Positions 23,946 through 34,600 of a stretch of DNA of 41,905 nucleotides are shown here, piece after piece. Positions within the stretch are counted from its first letter, which is position 1; each line of letters opens with the position of its first letter. Source of the DNA: Halocafeteria seosinensis. Taxonomy: Eukaryota. The notes below the pieces were generated by a model, which saw only the letters and a list, made by a program, of their open reading frames with translations, was not told the DNA's origin and did no database searches. The stretch spans positions 124,001 to 165,905 of the forward strand of contig LVLI01000208.1 in NCBI GenBank assembly GCA_001687465.1, in the 5' to 3' direction. Both the position numbers and the translations under genes were made by a program.

Positions 23946-25091
23946 ATGACTCTTTTTGCCTGTCGTGGGAGACCCTTGTGGCTCTCGCTATGCGTGATGT
24001 GCCAAATTGCGATAGTTGTCGTCAGTCTCTTCATTGGACACCTCTCCTGTTCTATGCAACGTCCGAATTCCCCATGCACGAAGTCACTCCTGCAGGATGA
24101 TCAAGCAAGAACTACCAGAAGCAATGTGCGTCCCCGAAGGCATGAACATGAATTGGGGCGGAATGTCTGGGATGTCGTACCATTGGAACACACCAAGCAT
24201 GTCGAGTTCCTTCCCGGAGTGACAACTGATGCTTTTAACCCGTTCCATAATTTCATACATATGCTTCATAAGGAAATGTATAGAGGAGAAAACGTGGCAT
24301 ACTTTCCGGAATTACCAGCATGGGATACCTGGATTCACTTTCTAGAAGCTTACCACAATCATTTTTACAGGTTTCGCGGGAACTATGTAGTTTTTATGGA
24401 GGTTGGAGTCCAGAGCGGGGGCAAAATTCCGCTTTTGCGAGATTACTTCGGACATGGGTTCACGTATGTCGGCATCGATATTAATCCCGCCTGTAAGGTT
24501 TTTGAGAGTGAACCGTGGATCCACATTGAGATTGGTGACATCGGCAATACCACGTTTCTGGCCAGAATCAAAGAAAAGTATCCTCATGTGGATATTTTCC
24601 TTGATGATGGGGGCCACACGATGAAGGAGCAAATAACGGCATTCCGGGAGATGCTGCCTCATGTGCAATCGGAAGGGGTTTACGTGTGTGAAGATTTGGC
24701 TACGTCGTGGTCCAAGAAGTGGGGTGGAATACCTAATAAAGACGTACGAGACCGGAAATTCCTAAAGAAAACCGCGTTTGGTCTCGTACATAGAACACTA
24801 GATTGGCTCATGAGTGGATGGATTAGAAAGGGAGGAATGACTTATGTCGACTTGCCTGACGATTTCTTCCCGGAAACATGGTGGAGAATCGTCCCACGAC
24901 AGGTTAAGCACATTCATTTGTACAACCAATTTGTCGTCTACGAGAAGGGCATAACGTACAGCGCGAAGGAAGTTAAGACTGTTGGACGATGGACTCCAAA
25001 CTATTCAAAAACCATTTCGAAGGAAGCAGTTGACTGGGATATTGTGCTGAAGCGGGTATCAAAATTCACGAACTCTTCTTGGGGTGGTTAG
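23946..25091 (+). CDS. class I SAM-dependent O-methyltransferase (MycE-like) with N-terminal transmembrane anchor; intronless
   Basis: Motifs MEVGVQSGG, YVGIDINP, IEIGD, DIFLDDGGH, GVYVCEDLATSW. Hydrophobic segment LWLSLCVMCQIAIVVVSLFIG near the N-terminus. Confidence 0.85.
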   Translation: MTLFACRGRPLWLSLCVMCQIAIVVVSLFIGHLSCSMQRPNSPCTKSLLQDDQARTTRSNVRPRRHEHELGRNVWDVVPLEHTKHVEFLPGVTTDAFNPFHNFIHMLHKEMYRGENVAYFPELPAWDTWIHFLEAYHNHFYRFRGNYVVFMEVGVQSGGKIPLLRDYFGHGFTYVGIDINPACKVFESEPWIHIEIGDIGNTTFLARIKEKYPHVDIFLDDGGHTMKEQITAFREMLPHVQSEGVYVCEDLATSWSKKWGGIPNKDVRDRKFLKKTAFGLVHRTLDWLMSGWIRKGGMTYVDLPDDFFPETWWRIVPRQVKHIHLYNQFVVYEKGITYSAKEVKTVGRWTPNYSKTISKEAVDWDIVLKRVSKFTNSSWGG

Positions 25092-26046
25092 CGAGATCAG
25101 TTGAGCCGGTCTCCCAAATTAATGTGCTTACGGGGAATGTAGTGGAGAGGAGCCGATCGACGAACGGCTGCACCACGCAACTGAACAACATCGAAGTGGC
25201 CACCGCATGCGGACATCAAAGAGGTCTACCCCGCGCCCTGGGATCGTACGGTCACAGTTGCAGCACCATCTTCGGCCAACTGAACGGCGCTCTTGAGACG
25301 GCCAAAGTCGGGAGCCTGTAACCCCCTCCCTCGCGGGGCTCATTCTTGAGCCAGACTTTCTCCCCGTTGGCTCCGCGTTCCTCTATTCAACTGCCAGCTT
25401 CGTCCACGTTGGAAGTAGAACGTGTTATGAGGCTTCCAAACCCCTTGCTATTGAAGGCGATTTTAAGAAGTATCCATGCATATCTAGACACTCGCAATCC
25501 CGTCATCCACCCTTTCGTACTATCGAATTCTTCATTGGCCGCATACCATTTTCATTTAGGCTCAAGTTACTTCATGGTTGATTGAACAATTCCACCAAGA
25601 ACTTTGTACTGGCCGTCCGGGTTGTCCGGCTCCAGCGGCTATTCGCAGCTCCCATACACCCACCCACACACACACACAAATACAGCGTAGGTTCTCAACC
25701 CATGCAGATGCACCTATTTAGGGAGCGGTGGCATGAAAGCAAAACTCAGTTGTGGTCCGTCTTTGCTTCGCGAAGCTGGCAGTCTCATCCGGGCTAACCG
25801 CCTGGCCCGGATGTCAGCCAGTGAATTGAGACGAGTATATCCGTGCACTATTCAAGTAACGAGTTGTTCATTTGAAATAGTCTCTCTACCAAGATTACCC
25901 TAGCACCTGTAACCAGTGGTGTGTGCGCGTGGATCTTGTACACAAGAGGACAAGATAGCCTCTGGTAGCGTTGACTGAAAGTGTCAGTCCGGGGGAAAAG
26001 TTTTTCTCGTTGATTCCTTTGATTTACTCCATTTTTCGCATCAAAT

Positions 26047-27208
26047 ATGCCGGAAAGACGTACATGGTACTACATTCTCGGGGCGTCCCTTGGACTTGCC
26101 GCCGCCGGGACTGCGTACTACTTGCTAAACGGCCCCGATGACGAGGACGACGAAGAGGAGCAGCCTCAGCAAGTGCACGAACAAGAGCCATCAGCGCCTT
26201 CTCATCAGAAACAAGCCGCTTCTGCTACTAGTGGAGCATCCGGAGGAAGCGCGTTGGGCTCCTCTGGGACTCCGCGAAACGAAAGCAGCGTCACTGCGGG
26301 CACTACGCCCAGTGGAGTAAGTCTTCCTTTTCTCTCTTCAAAGTGGCTTCTTTACACGTATGTGCTGTGTTTGGTCGATGCAGTCACAAGGGTATGGCTA
26401 TGGAGATGATGACGATGCTGAATCTGTCCCAGAGGATGCATTCGCCGCCGTGCCAAAGAGTCATTTGATCCAAATGCTGGATGACTTGATTGATAGAAGC
26501 TCAGGGATTATGGTACGTGTTCTGGTTGGTGATTAAAGCTATTCTCACTAACTCCATGGATTCGGGCGTTGTTTTCTTTACGTTGTTTTCAGCAACAAAT
26601 CCAACAGGAAGTCCAAGATAGAGGGCTTTCCTACGAAGATGGAGCCATGCATGCTGCTCAACGTCTCCAAGAGCTGGACAACGAGGTAAGAGACAGCAGT
26701 GTTTGTTGTTGACCTGTACAGAGCCTTACCTGAGGAGCTGTTCCTGTTACAGGTGTCCCAAAGATTTGGAGTGTCGCAAGAAAATCTACAATATGCTCAG
26801 TCGGTATATTCAAACGATCGCAAGGTCAAGCAGAGATTGGCGACTTTGCAAAACTCAATTACTCAAAGCATATCTTCCAATGCACCTGAACCAACTATGT
26901 CACTCCAAGACGTGTGCCAAAAGATTCATGACAATGCCGATGTTACTATGGACCTGTTGAAGGAACTGAAAAATGACATCATTAATCAAGGCAAGAGTGG
27001 CGAAGAAGCTCGTCAAGAGTTCCAGAATCGGTTCTTTAACGAAATGGAGAGCCTTCAAAGCCGAGCAATGGAAAAATTAGGCATTTCAAGCGATGAATTT
27101 CAGAAAAACCTCACTTATTATATGAACGAACCACAGGTGATGCAAGCTATTCAGCAAAGCCAGGAACAAATGAGCCAGCATCAGGAATCTCTTTTACAAG
27201 ACTGGTAA
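26047..27208 (+). CDS. 4-exon N-terminally anchored helical protein; function unknown
   Basis: Exons 26047-26316, 26384-26512, 26593-26685, 26753-27208, all phase 0. TM segment YYILGASLGLAAAGTAYYLL, an acidic/low-complexity linker, then a Q/E-rich helical region. Confidence 0.8.
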
Positions 27209-27356
27209 ATAGCAGACGCAAACTTGTGTGATGGCAGCATGCGACTCGAAATGATTTACATTGAAACATTCACTTTATGCAAGTTGCTAGTGAGGATGGA
27301 TTGTAGAAACTGTTAATATTTTTCGGAACTTGTATCTATCTAGGTTCCATCTCTGA

Positions 27357-28444
27357 TCACGATTTCTTCTTTTCGGCTTCCTTTTGCCGAGCTTCTTCTT
27401 CTTCTTTGCGCCTCCGTTCTTCTTTCTGATGTTCAGTTTCGTACAAGGACTGAAATTCGGCCTCTCTTCCCTCATTAGGCGGCCACTCAATATTGTTGGC
27501 GTCCATCTTGGCGGGGTCGATTTCTCGAAGGCTCTCGTACAGATCATGATAATCTTCATCCTCCAGAGGCTCATCCTCCTCTTCCCATGCTCTCCAGGCT
27601 GCAAACAATACACAAGGTGAGCGTGCTAAAATTCGTTCTTTTCGCGTAGTCATCTTACAAGCGTATTGTGGAATGAGCTCCAATTCGTCCTTGGCCATTT
27701 CAATTAGTTGTTCGACCTGACAGTTCATTGTCTCTTCTACATCGTCTCTCTGAATTAATGGATAACATTGGTTGGAAAATCACAACTTCGGTACTCTCCC
27801 CAAGGTTCCAGCTTACATTTAGTGATGGGTCTTGAATCAAATTTAATCTATATCGAGTGATAGCTTCCACAGCTTGGCGGTAGTACACATGCTCAGGCAT
27901 GATCTGTGGAGCACAAGTAGTGCACATGTAAATATGAGTGAAAAACATTTCAATAACACTCGGTTATTCCAAACGAGACAATACAGATGATATCTGAGAA
28001 ATTCCAACGATAGGCGTTCGACTCCCCTCTATCTTTCCGGTATGAAGCATTCCTAACCCTTTTTGTAGTTCCTCAAAGGGGACCCCGAAGGGGAATACCC
28101 ATTACGGTGATAACGACGCAAGTAGCGGACGCTGAAGCGAAAACAGCAAGAACACAGCATACCTTAACTTCCTCCAAGGTTTTGTGGTATAATTCGCTTA
28201 ATGTGTCCCTCCAATTGATATCGACGGGGAGGCCTGTGACGGCCGTCGTGGTTTTGGGCGCCTCCTCTTTAAATTGCTGTTTATGATGCTGTTGTGAGCT
28301 ATGTCTAGCCTCTGTCGCCTGCTCCTGTAAATGTATAGTGCTTGTCTGGTACGCACATGTCCTCTGAACAGCCCTAGAGACTGTCAAAGGGCGATTTATA
28401 CACCGCAAAAGTGCTCGTCCTGCACTTTGGACAAGCATTTTCAT
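27357..28444 (-). CDS. NDUFA5: NADH:ubiquinone oxidoreductase subunit B13/NDUFA5 with presequence and C-terminal extension
   Basis: Exons 28444-28163, 27903-27817, 27749-27659, 27598-27357. KTTTAVTGLPV...LYHKTLEEVKIMPEHVYYRQAVEAITRYRL...CQVEQLIEMAKDEL...WRAWE. Confidence 0.9.
27904..28162 (-). ncRNA. candidate structured intronic RNA in NDUFA5 intron 1
   Basis: Intron is 259 nt versus typically 51-87 nt in this window, and several stems can be paired by eye. Family not recognised. Confidence 0.3.
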
Positions 28445-28821
28445 TCCTTTCGCGCTACTCTATCACCACGAAACAAAGCCTATGTACGAGGAAAATCAAT
28501 ATACTTGATATACTTCACCCAAGTACACCTTCAACCCAACTCTGACGCTGTATATCGGGGGCCCAAAGAAGGACACCAACGCCGGTCCAGATCCACCTTC
28601 ACAAAGCTCCCTCCGGAGGCTTTGAGGCGTCTTTTCGAGGTTTACAGGGCATATATATACTAGATGACGATTTCGACAGGATTGTAAGGCGTGATACTAC
28701 TGTGTAATATGGATGGAATTTGTCTCGATCGACAAATAATGGTGAAACAGGAGTGAAGGGGGGAAATTTCATACACTTCAGATATCCATTGACTATTTCA
28801 TTTACGCGTCGTATTTGCATC

Positions 28822-30521
28822 ATGGTATGTGATTTTTGGGGATCAGGCCGGTTTTTTGGTTTGTTGTTGACCGAAGTTCAAGTAAACGCAGCACGGCCAA
28901 CGCAAAGTGGAACGGAGTGAGGAGGAGAAACAGGAAACCAAACGTCGGTTCCAAAAGTACCAGGCAGCGATGACGAAGATACTGAAGAAGCGAAACAAAC
29001 TGATCTACCCGAAGGAAGTCAAGGAGGAGGAATCGCAACAGGAACCCATCTTCGTCCCCCGCAACAAACAATACATCCGGCAAGAAATTCAGCAAGTAGC
29101 AGAGCAGCACCAGGTTAGTCTGAACTCAATTAATCTCATAGCCTTGCCATGCCCATGTAGTAGGGTCTAATTTGTATTCAGGAACGCATACGAGAGTTGA
29201 TTGCCCCAACCGAGGCACCCCAGGTAGATGATCTATGGAAAAAGACGGACACATTAATACGAGTGAATCCGGATGCCTACCCATTGTGGAATATTCGAAG
29301 AGAACTATTATTTCACAAATTGGTCGTGTTAGAAGGGTCAAAAGAACAAGAAACAACTCCGGAAGAAGTTACCAAGCAAGTTCAGAAGTTCGTAGACGGA
29401 GAACTAAACCTTACCGCAATAGCTATCGAGAAGGTGAATGTAAAGAGTTACGGGGCTTGGCATCAGCGGCGTTGGATAATAGACAACGTCAGTAGTTCTA
29501 CCTAATTGATTTGCCTAAGTTCCTATACACACAGATGGCTTCTCCCTGTGCAGTTTCCGGAATACATTAGCTTCGCGAGGGAGATCAAACTTTGCAATCA
29601 GCTTCTTGTTGGAGACATTCGCAACTTTCACTGCTGGAACTATCGCCGCCATGTTGTCAAGGTCGGTAACATCTCTTTGGAGGTAAGTAACCTTGCGGTC
29701 TTTGAAGCGTATTTTCATCCACGATCAAGGCTAGCATTGCATGCACTCCCACGGCAGGATGAGTTGCAATTTACAGAGGATAAAATCAAATCGAATTTCA
29801 GTAATTACAGTGCCTGGCATTATAGAGCTATCCTGCTGACAAACCTGACGAAGATTTCCGTAGCTACCCTGGGAGAAGGTATGGCATTTTGTTTTATAAA
29901 TGGTTCGATAAATGAATAAGGTCACGTTTTATGTCGATATACAGAAATGAGATTTTTGCGGAACGCGACGTACACTCAACCCGCCGACCAGTCAATATGG
30001 TTCTATCAGAGGTGGATTCTCCGCGAACTGGTTAACCTGTTTGGGAAAACTGAATCGCAAGGAAGGGGTGAGATCCTTTCCATACTGGCAGAAGAACGGG
30101 CTGCTCTTGAAGAATTACATGAAGACGAAAATGACAGTAAATGTATGTAGTAAATGTATGTGGTCTGGTATCAATGTGCGCTGAGTCTTACACTTTTTTT
30201 TTTCCCATTTCAGGGCCACTCTTCCAACTAGCATGTTTGGTTCGTTTAGAAACTACTTTGAGGAGATTAGCTGAAAGCGGAATTTCTGCTTGTGACGGAA
30301 ACAAAAGTGCATTTCTGAATGTAATTGAGGCAGCTGCTTCTCTGAATGAAGATAAAGATATAGGGGAGTCTCACGACGTAGCCAACTCACTCTTGGAGAA
30401 AATGAAAATAAAGAATCCGGAGCACACCCAATTTTACTCATGGCTGCAGTCCACCGCGAAAGAGAATCGACACACCAAGACGTTTGCTGTGCTGCCTGTC
30501 GCACAAAGTGGTGAGCTGTGA
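28822..30521 (+). CDS. RABGGTA: Rab geranylgeranyltransferase (GGTase-II) alpha subunit
   Basis: Exons 28822-28824 (ATG only), 28892-29113, 29182-29487, 29554-29682, 29758-29878, 29945-30142, 30214-30521. MHG start; PPTA repeats NPDAYPLWNIRR, KSYGAWHQRRW, DIRNFHCWNYRR, NFSNYSAWHYR, PADQSIWFYQRW. Confidence 0.92.
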
Positions 30522-31688
30522 TCGAAGCACTTGCGCTTCTTCTCAAACGTTCGTTGGAATGCTGCTTATTGCTTCTGGATATGAACGTGTTCTCTGGCAA
30601 CGAAACGGACAGTGCGGAGCCAGTTCTTCGAAATTCGAAGGTTTGCGTTTCCTTGTCTCTTTGCGACATCGATACGGGTGGATTTGAGGCCCAACGAGCA
30701 GTCAGAGTACTGTGTATCGGAATTTGACTCACCAGTGGTTGCACGATGGTTGTCTTTTCTCCGTACCGTGGTACCAGCTACTTGTACAGTACATTTCTGC
30801 TACCATGTAACCGTTCCAGTTTAGAAGCAGCAAACACAACGACCAACGATAAAAAAAATGCACAGATTTTATACTCACAGTCATCTGGTACCTTCTGCTT
30901 TTGCCCATCACCCCTTGTGCGTTGACTCAGGCCCATTGGTTCCTACGTTGTCCAATGCCAGGCCAAAACCTACTGGTCGCAAGTGGCTCGGTCATGGCTC
31001 GTCTCAAAGGTCTCCACTCGTGCGACCGAGGAACAGCGACGGATCCCCTCTGTGTGTCTGTCTCCGGTCTAGACTGTCTCACGGCTTACACGCTAGCTGA
31101 TTGCTATAGTAAGGCATTGTTGACATCAGAGTTGGCCTTTATCTAGCGCTCGGCTTACCCTGTTCTGACGACGGAACACCAGAAAAACACCATTTGCCGA
31201 GGACTCAGCCGGGAGACTGCAACCGAAACCTCCCTTCCTCTTCCAATAGCTTTATGGTGTGCTAATTGCATAAAATTTTGCTCGTTGCTCATTTTCGAGA
31301 TAAGGAGAAAACTCACTCGATTGGACAAGTGGGCGTATCAAGTGAGCGAAGGAACGAACTGAAAAGATCCTTGGCTAAGAGTCGTGACCTCGGCTGCCCA
31401 TAAGGATAGTGCACCATTTTGGTGGAAATCAAGCCGTAAGTGAAGCTTTTCCTTATGAATGCCCTCGGAAATATCTCGCGTATTCTGGGGAATCATGGTG
31501 TGTGCTCTGATTGCTGGATTGCAGTTGGGGACGAGAGTAGGCTGGCTATTGGTCCCGGCCGGCGGGTTCCTACCCGTTAATATATTCAGGTCGTGTTATT
31601 CGAGTGGCCCGTGAATATGCGCCTCGTATAGAAGATCGCTGATGAAGTGTATCTAGAAAAGCTTCAGTTACGCCAGGCCATCTGAACA

Positions 31689-34600
31689 ATGGGGAATTCG
31701 GTGAATCGGTTGAAGGACAAGCTCTCCAGCTCGGAATTTGGCACCTCAGATAAACATACAGCCAAAGCCATAAGAGATGTTCGGAGGGCTTCTGCTGACG
31801 GGCGAATCAGCTATGCTGACCTTGCCGACTCGAAAGGAATTGTTAATTTGATCGATTTGATGCGCTCGGGTTCATTGCCTCAACGAGACAACAGCTGCGT
31901 CACGCTACTCTCATTACTACGGAACACACAGGAAAGCGATGACGATGCCGATGATTCGCGCGAGAAAGGAAACATTAGGCTTGTTGTCGAGCAAGCTATA
32001 CAGAACGGTATTTTAAGGGCTACAGTTCAGAGCATGCGGGACGTCGTTTCCTTCTTAACCGCGGTTCCCAGCTTCATACAGTTTGAACGGTCAAACCTAG
32101 CGGCTGCAAGCGAAGGCACTGGATCCAAAAATAGTTCGGGTTCAAGATCGAACGAGAGTTACGATTCATTTCGAAAGCAACCTCGTAGGTATAGTCTAGG
32201 TGACGAACGGTTAATCCAATCCCAAGACACCAAATTGGTCAGCACCCTTAAAGAGGACTGGGGATCAGAGACTCGCCCCGGCAATGGTAGAGACAACTAT
32301 CTTGCTCCCGCAATAGGCGCAACTCATGAGAAGAAAACTAGCAATGACGTCCCTGATTCACCACGAAGTCGGAGTTCTGCCCCTGCTGAGTTCTCCCGAA
32401 AGTCCGTATTGTCAGCTGAGTCTGTGTCCTCTGCCAAGGCTTCAGAACATTTAGAAAACGCATCGGGATTGCTTATATTGGTGCTTAAATACTCAGACAC
32501 GCATTGGTGGAGAAGGTCACTACGTGGCAAAAATATCGGTCTACTACTGCGATGGATTATTCTGTACCACGAGCGGAGTCGACTAGTATTCAATGCCTTT
32601 ACCCTTTTGGAAATTATCTTCTCGTCGAATGCCGCTGACTCATTTCTTGTGGATTCGAAGAAGATGTTTTTTAGCGAATTCACAGTGAGTTTAAAGCGCC
32701 TTCTCTGTATTGAATTCGATCACTCTCGGATTGATTCTCCAGCCGACGAAGCGCGACCTGAGGGTGAGACATTGGACAGTGAAGCGATAGTTGATTGTGT
32801 CACAAGTGTTAAGAAAGCGTTATTGCTGATCAGTAACTATTTTTGCCCCGAAGTCTCTACAGCGGATGATATACTGTCTACGAATGTTATTGGGCTGTTG
32901 TTAGCAATTGTTAGGGATTCTTTAATTTATCTAGAAGTGATGCAATTTGAGGATGGAATCGCGCCCATTTGTAGCCGATCTTGTGCGATCTGTCAGTCTC
33001 GTCAGTTGATAGAAGATGAGGATTTGGATGAACGAATGAGATCGCTGCTGGAGGATCTGGTGATAGCATCACTACATTGCATATGTGTCTTACTCCCTGT
33101 GAACCGCCGCTCTGTGTTTCTTTCGTCGTGCGACGATAACTCGCTTTCAGCATTGGTGGGTAAAGCAAACAGGGATGTGTGCTGCGGGCTAACGTCATTG
33201 ATAGCAGCACTCATAGGTTTGTATGACGAAGCGACTATCGAAAGTCCTATGGCGGATTTGATAACGCTTCAAAAGCAGGAAGTAAAGGAGACGTTAGATC
33301 GGTCTCGTCCTGAGATGGGCTTTGGGCCGATGAAGTCGGTTATCGTACATGCGCCCCCATTGGTGTGTTTCCGACACTTAAACGAGGGCTCTAAGAAGCT
33401 CCCGAATAGAAGAGAAATTCCTTCTGTGGAAGGTGTATCGGATCCATCGACAATTGAGGGTGTCGACGAAGAGATACCGGACAGTGCTTTTGCGAGCACG
33501 TCCCAGAAAAAATCAGATCTCCATACCCGTATATCCCCTTCGAACTTGTCCCGCATTCTTGAAGTACTTCACGTATTTTCGGCGTATGGAGATGATTCAG
33601 TAATTAAAAACTTATGGGATGCCGGCATGGACGTTGCTTTACAATGTATACTGGCAGATCATATGAGACACATGGTTCTTTGGTATCATGAAGCAATTAG
33701 TGATGTCAATGGAAGTTTTGGCAATAACAACAGCCCCTCTCCTTTTTGGAAACCCAAGAGAAGCTCCGCAGGAAGCAGTAGCCCGCGTGAGGTCAAAGAG
33801 CGGAGACTAACGTACGCACCGCGCCACCTTCCTCAACAAGGAGCAATGCGGAAACGGCATAGTGGGGGCGCGATACTCTCCGAAGCGTCTCATTCACTCA
33901 ACAACACCGGTGTATCCAAGTCCTCCGTTGCGTCTCCCAATGAATCTCGTTGGTTGATATATCATGTCGCAGAAGAAATTAGGAAGAGCATGCCTACTCA
34001 GTTATCTGAGGAGCAGTGTGCGGAGAGTATGATGGCATTGAACATAGCACTGCACATGACCACTTGGAGACATAAAGAAAGTAAGCATACATATGGAGCA
34101 ACAATTCAGCTAGACGACAAACCCCCGGGAACGTTCTTTTCGAAGTTCCCGAAGAATACTTGTGTGTACGTACCCGTAATGCCGAAAGGAATGCTAGCCA
34201 ATATCGTCCGGTTTGTAGCACTATTGAGAGAGTCGCTTCCTGCACCACCGGAAAACCGCCATTTAAGACAATCCCATGCAAGTTTTCACGGGAAATCGTT
34301 TAAACGACAGTATCATTCCGAGGGCGACGTGGGTTCGCTCAGTAGACGCGAATCCTCTCGCCACCAAGACAGCCAAATTCCTCTTGCAGTGAAGACGTAT
34401 ACGGAAAACAAGCAAACCGCAACAATTACGCAAAGTTTCACGTTCGACCGGGAAGTAAATCCTCTTAGCAAACCTAGTGGTCTGTCTTCAATGGAGTCCA
34501 ATTTCAGCAGACGCCGACATCGGAGCTTATCGTTTGTGCTTCGGGCAAACTCAGTGACTCCACTGAAACCAAACGCGGTAAATGTGGAAAACGTCGAAAA

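Noticed and set aside
28012..28034. tRNA T-arm-like AGGCG-TTCGACT-CCCCT on the + strand
   Set aside because: No anticodon arm or matching acceptor stem.
28052..28060. CCTAACCCT as a possible telomerase RNA template
   Set aside because: Antisense to the host intron, part of a stem, and immediately followed by a T5 run; no other telomerase RNA features seen.
27994..28100. CTGAGA...ATACCC, reminiscent of a TPP riboswitch
   Set aside because: Wrong strand for the host transcript, and the ACCTGAT/TAATGC elements are missing.
30522..31146. Possible extra RABGGTA exons (Ig/LRR region) after GTGAGC at about 30511
   Set aside because: No suitably placed acceptor and no LRR-like translation.
31371..31380. 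TTGGCTAAGA, resembling U2 snRNA
   Set aside because: Flanking U2 sequence, including the GTAGTA branch-pairing region, is absent.
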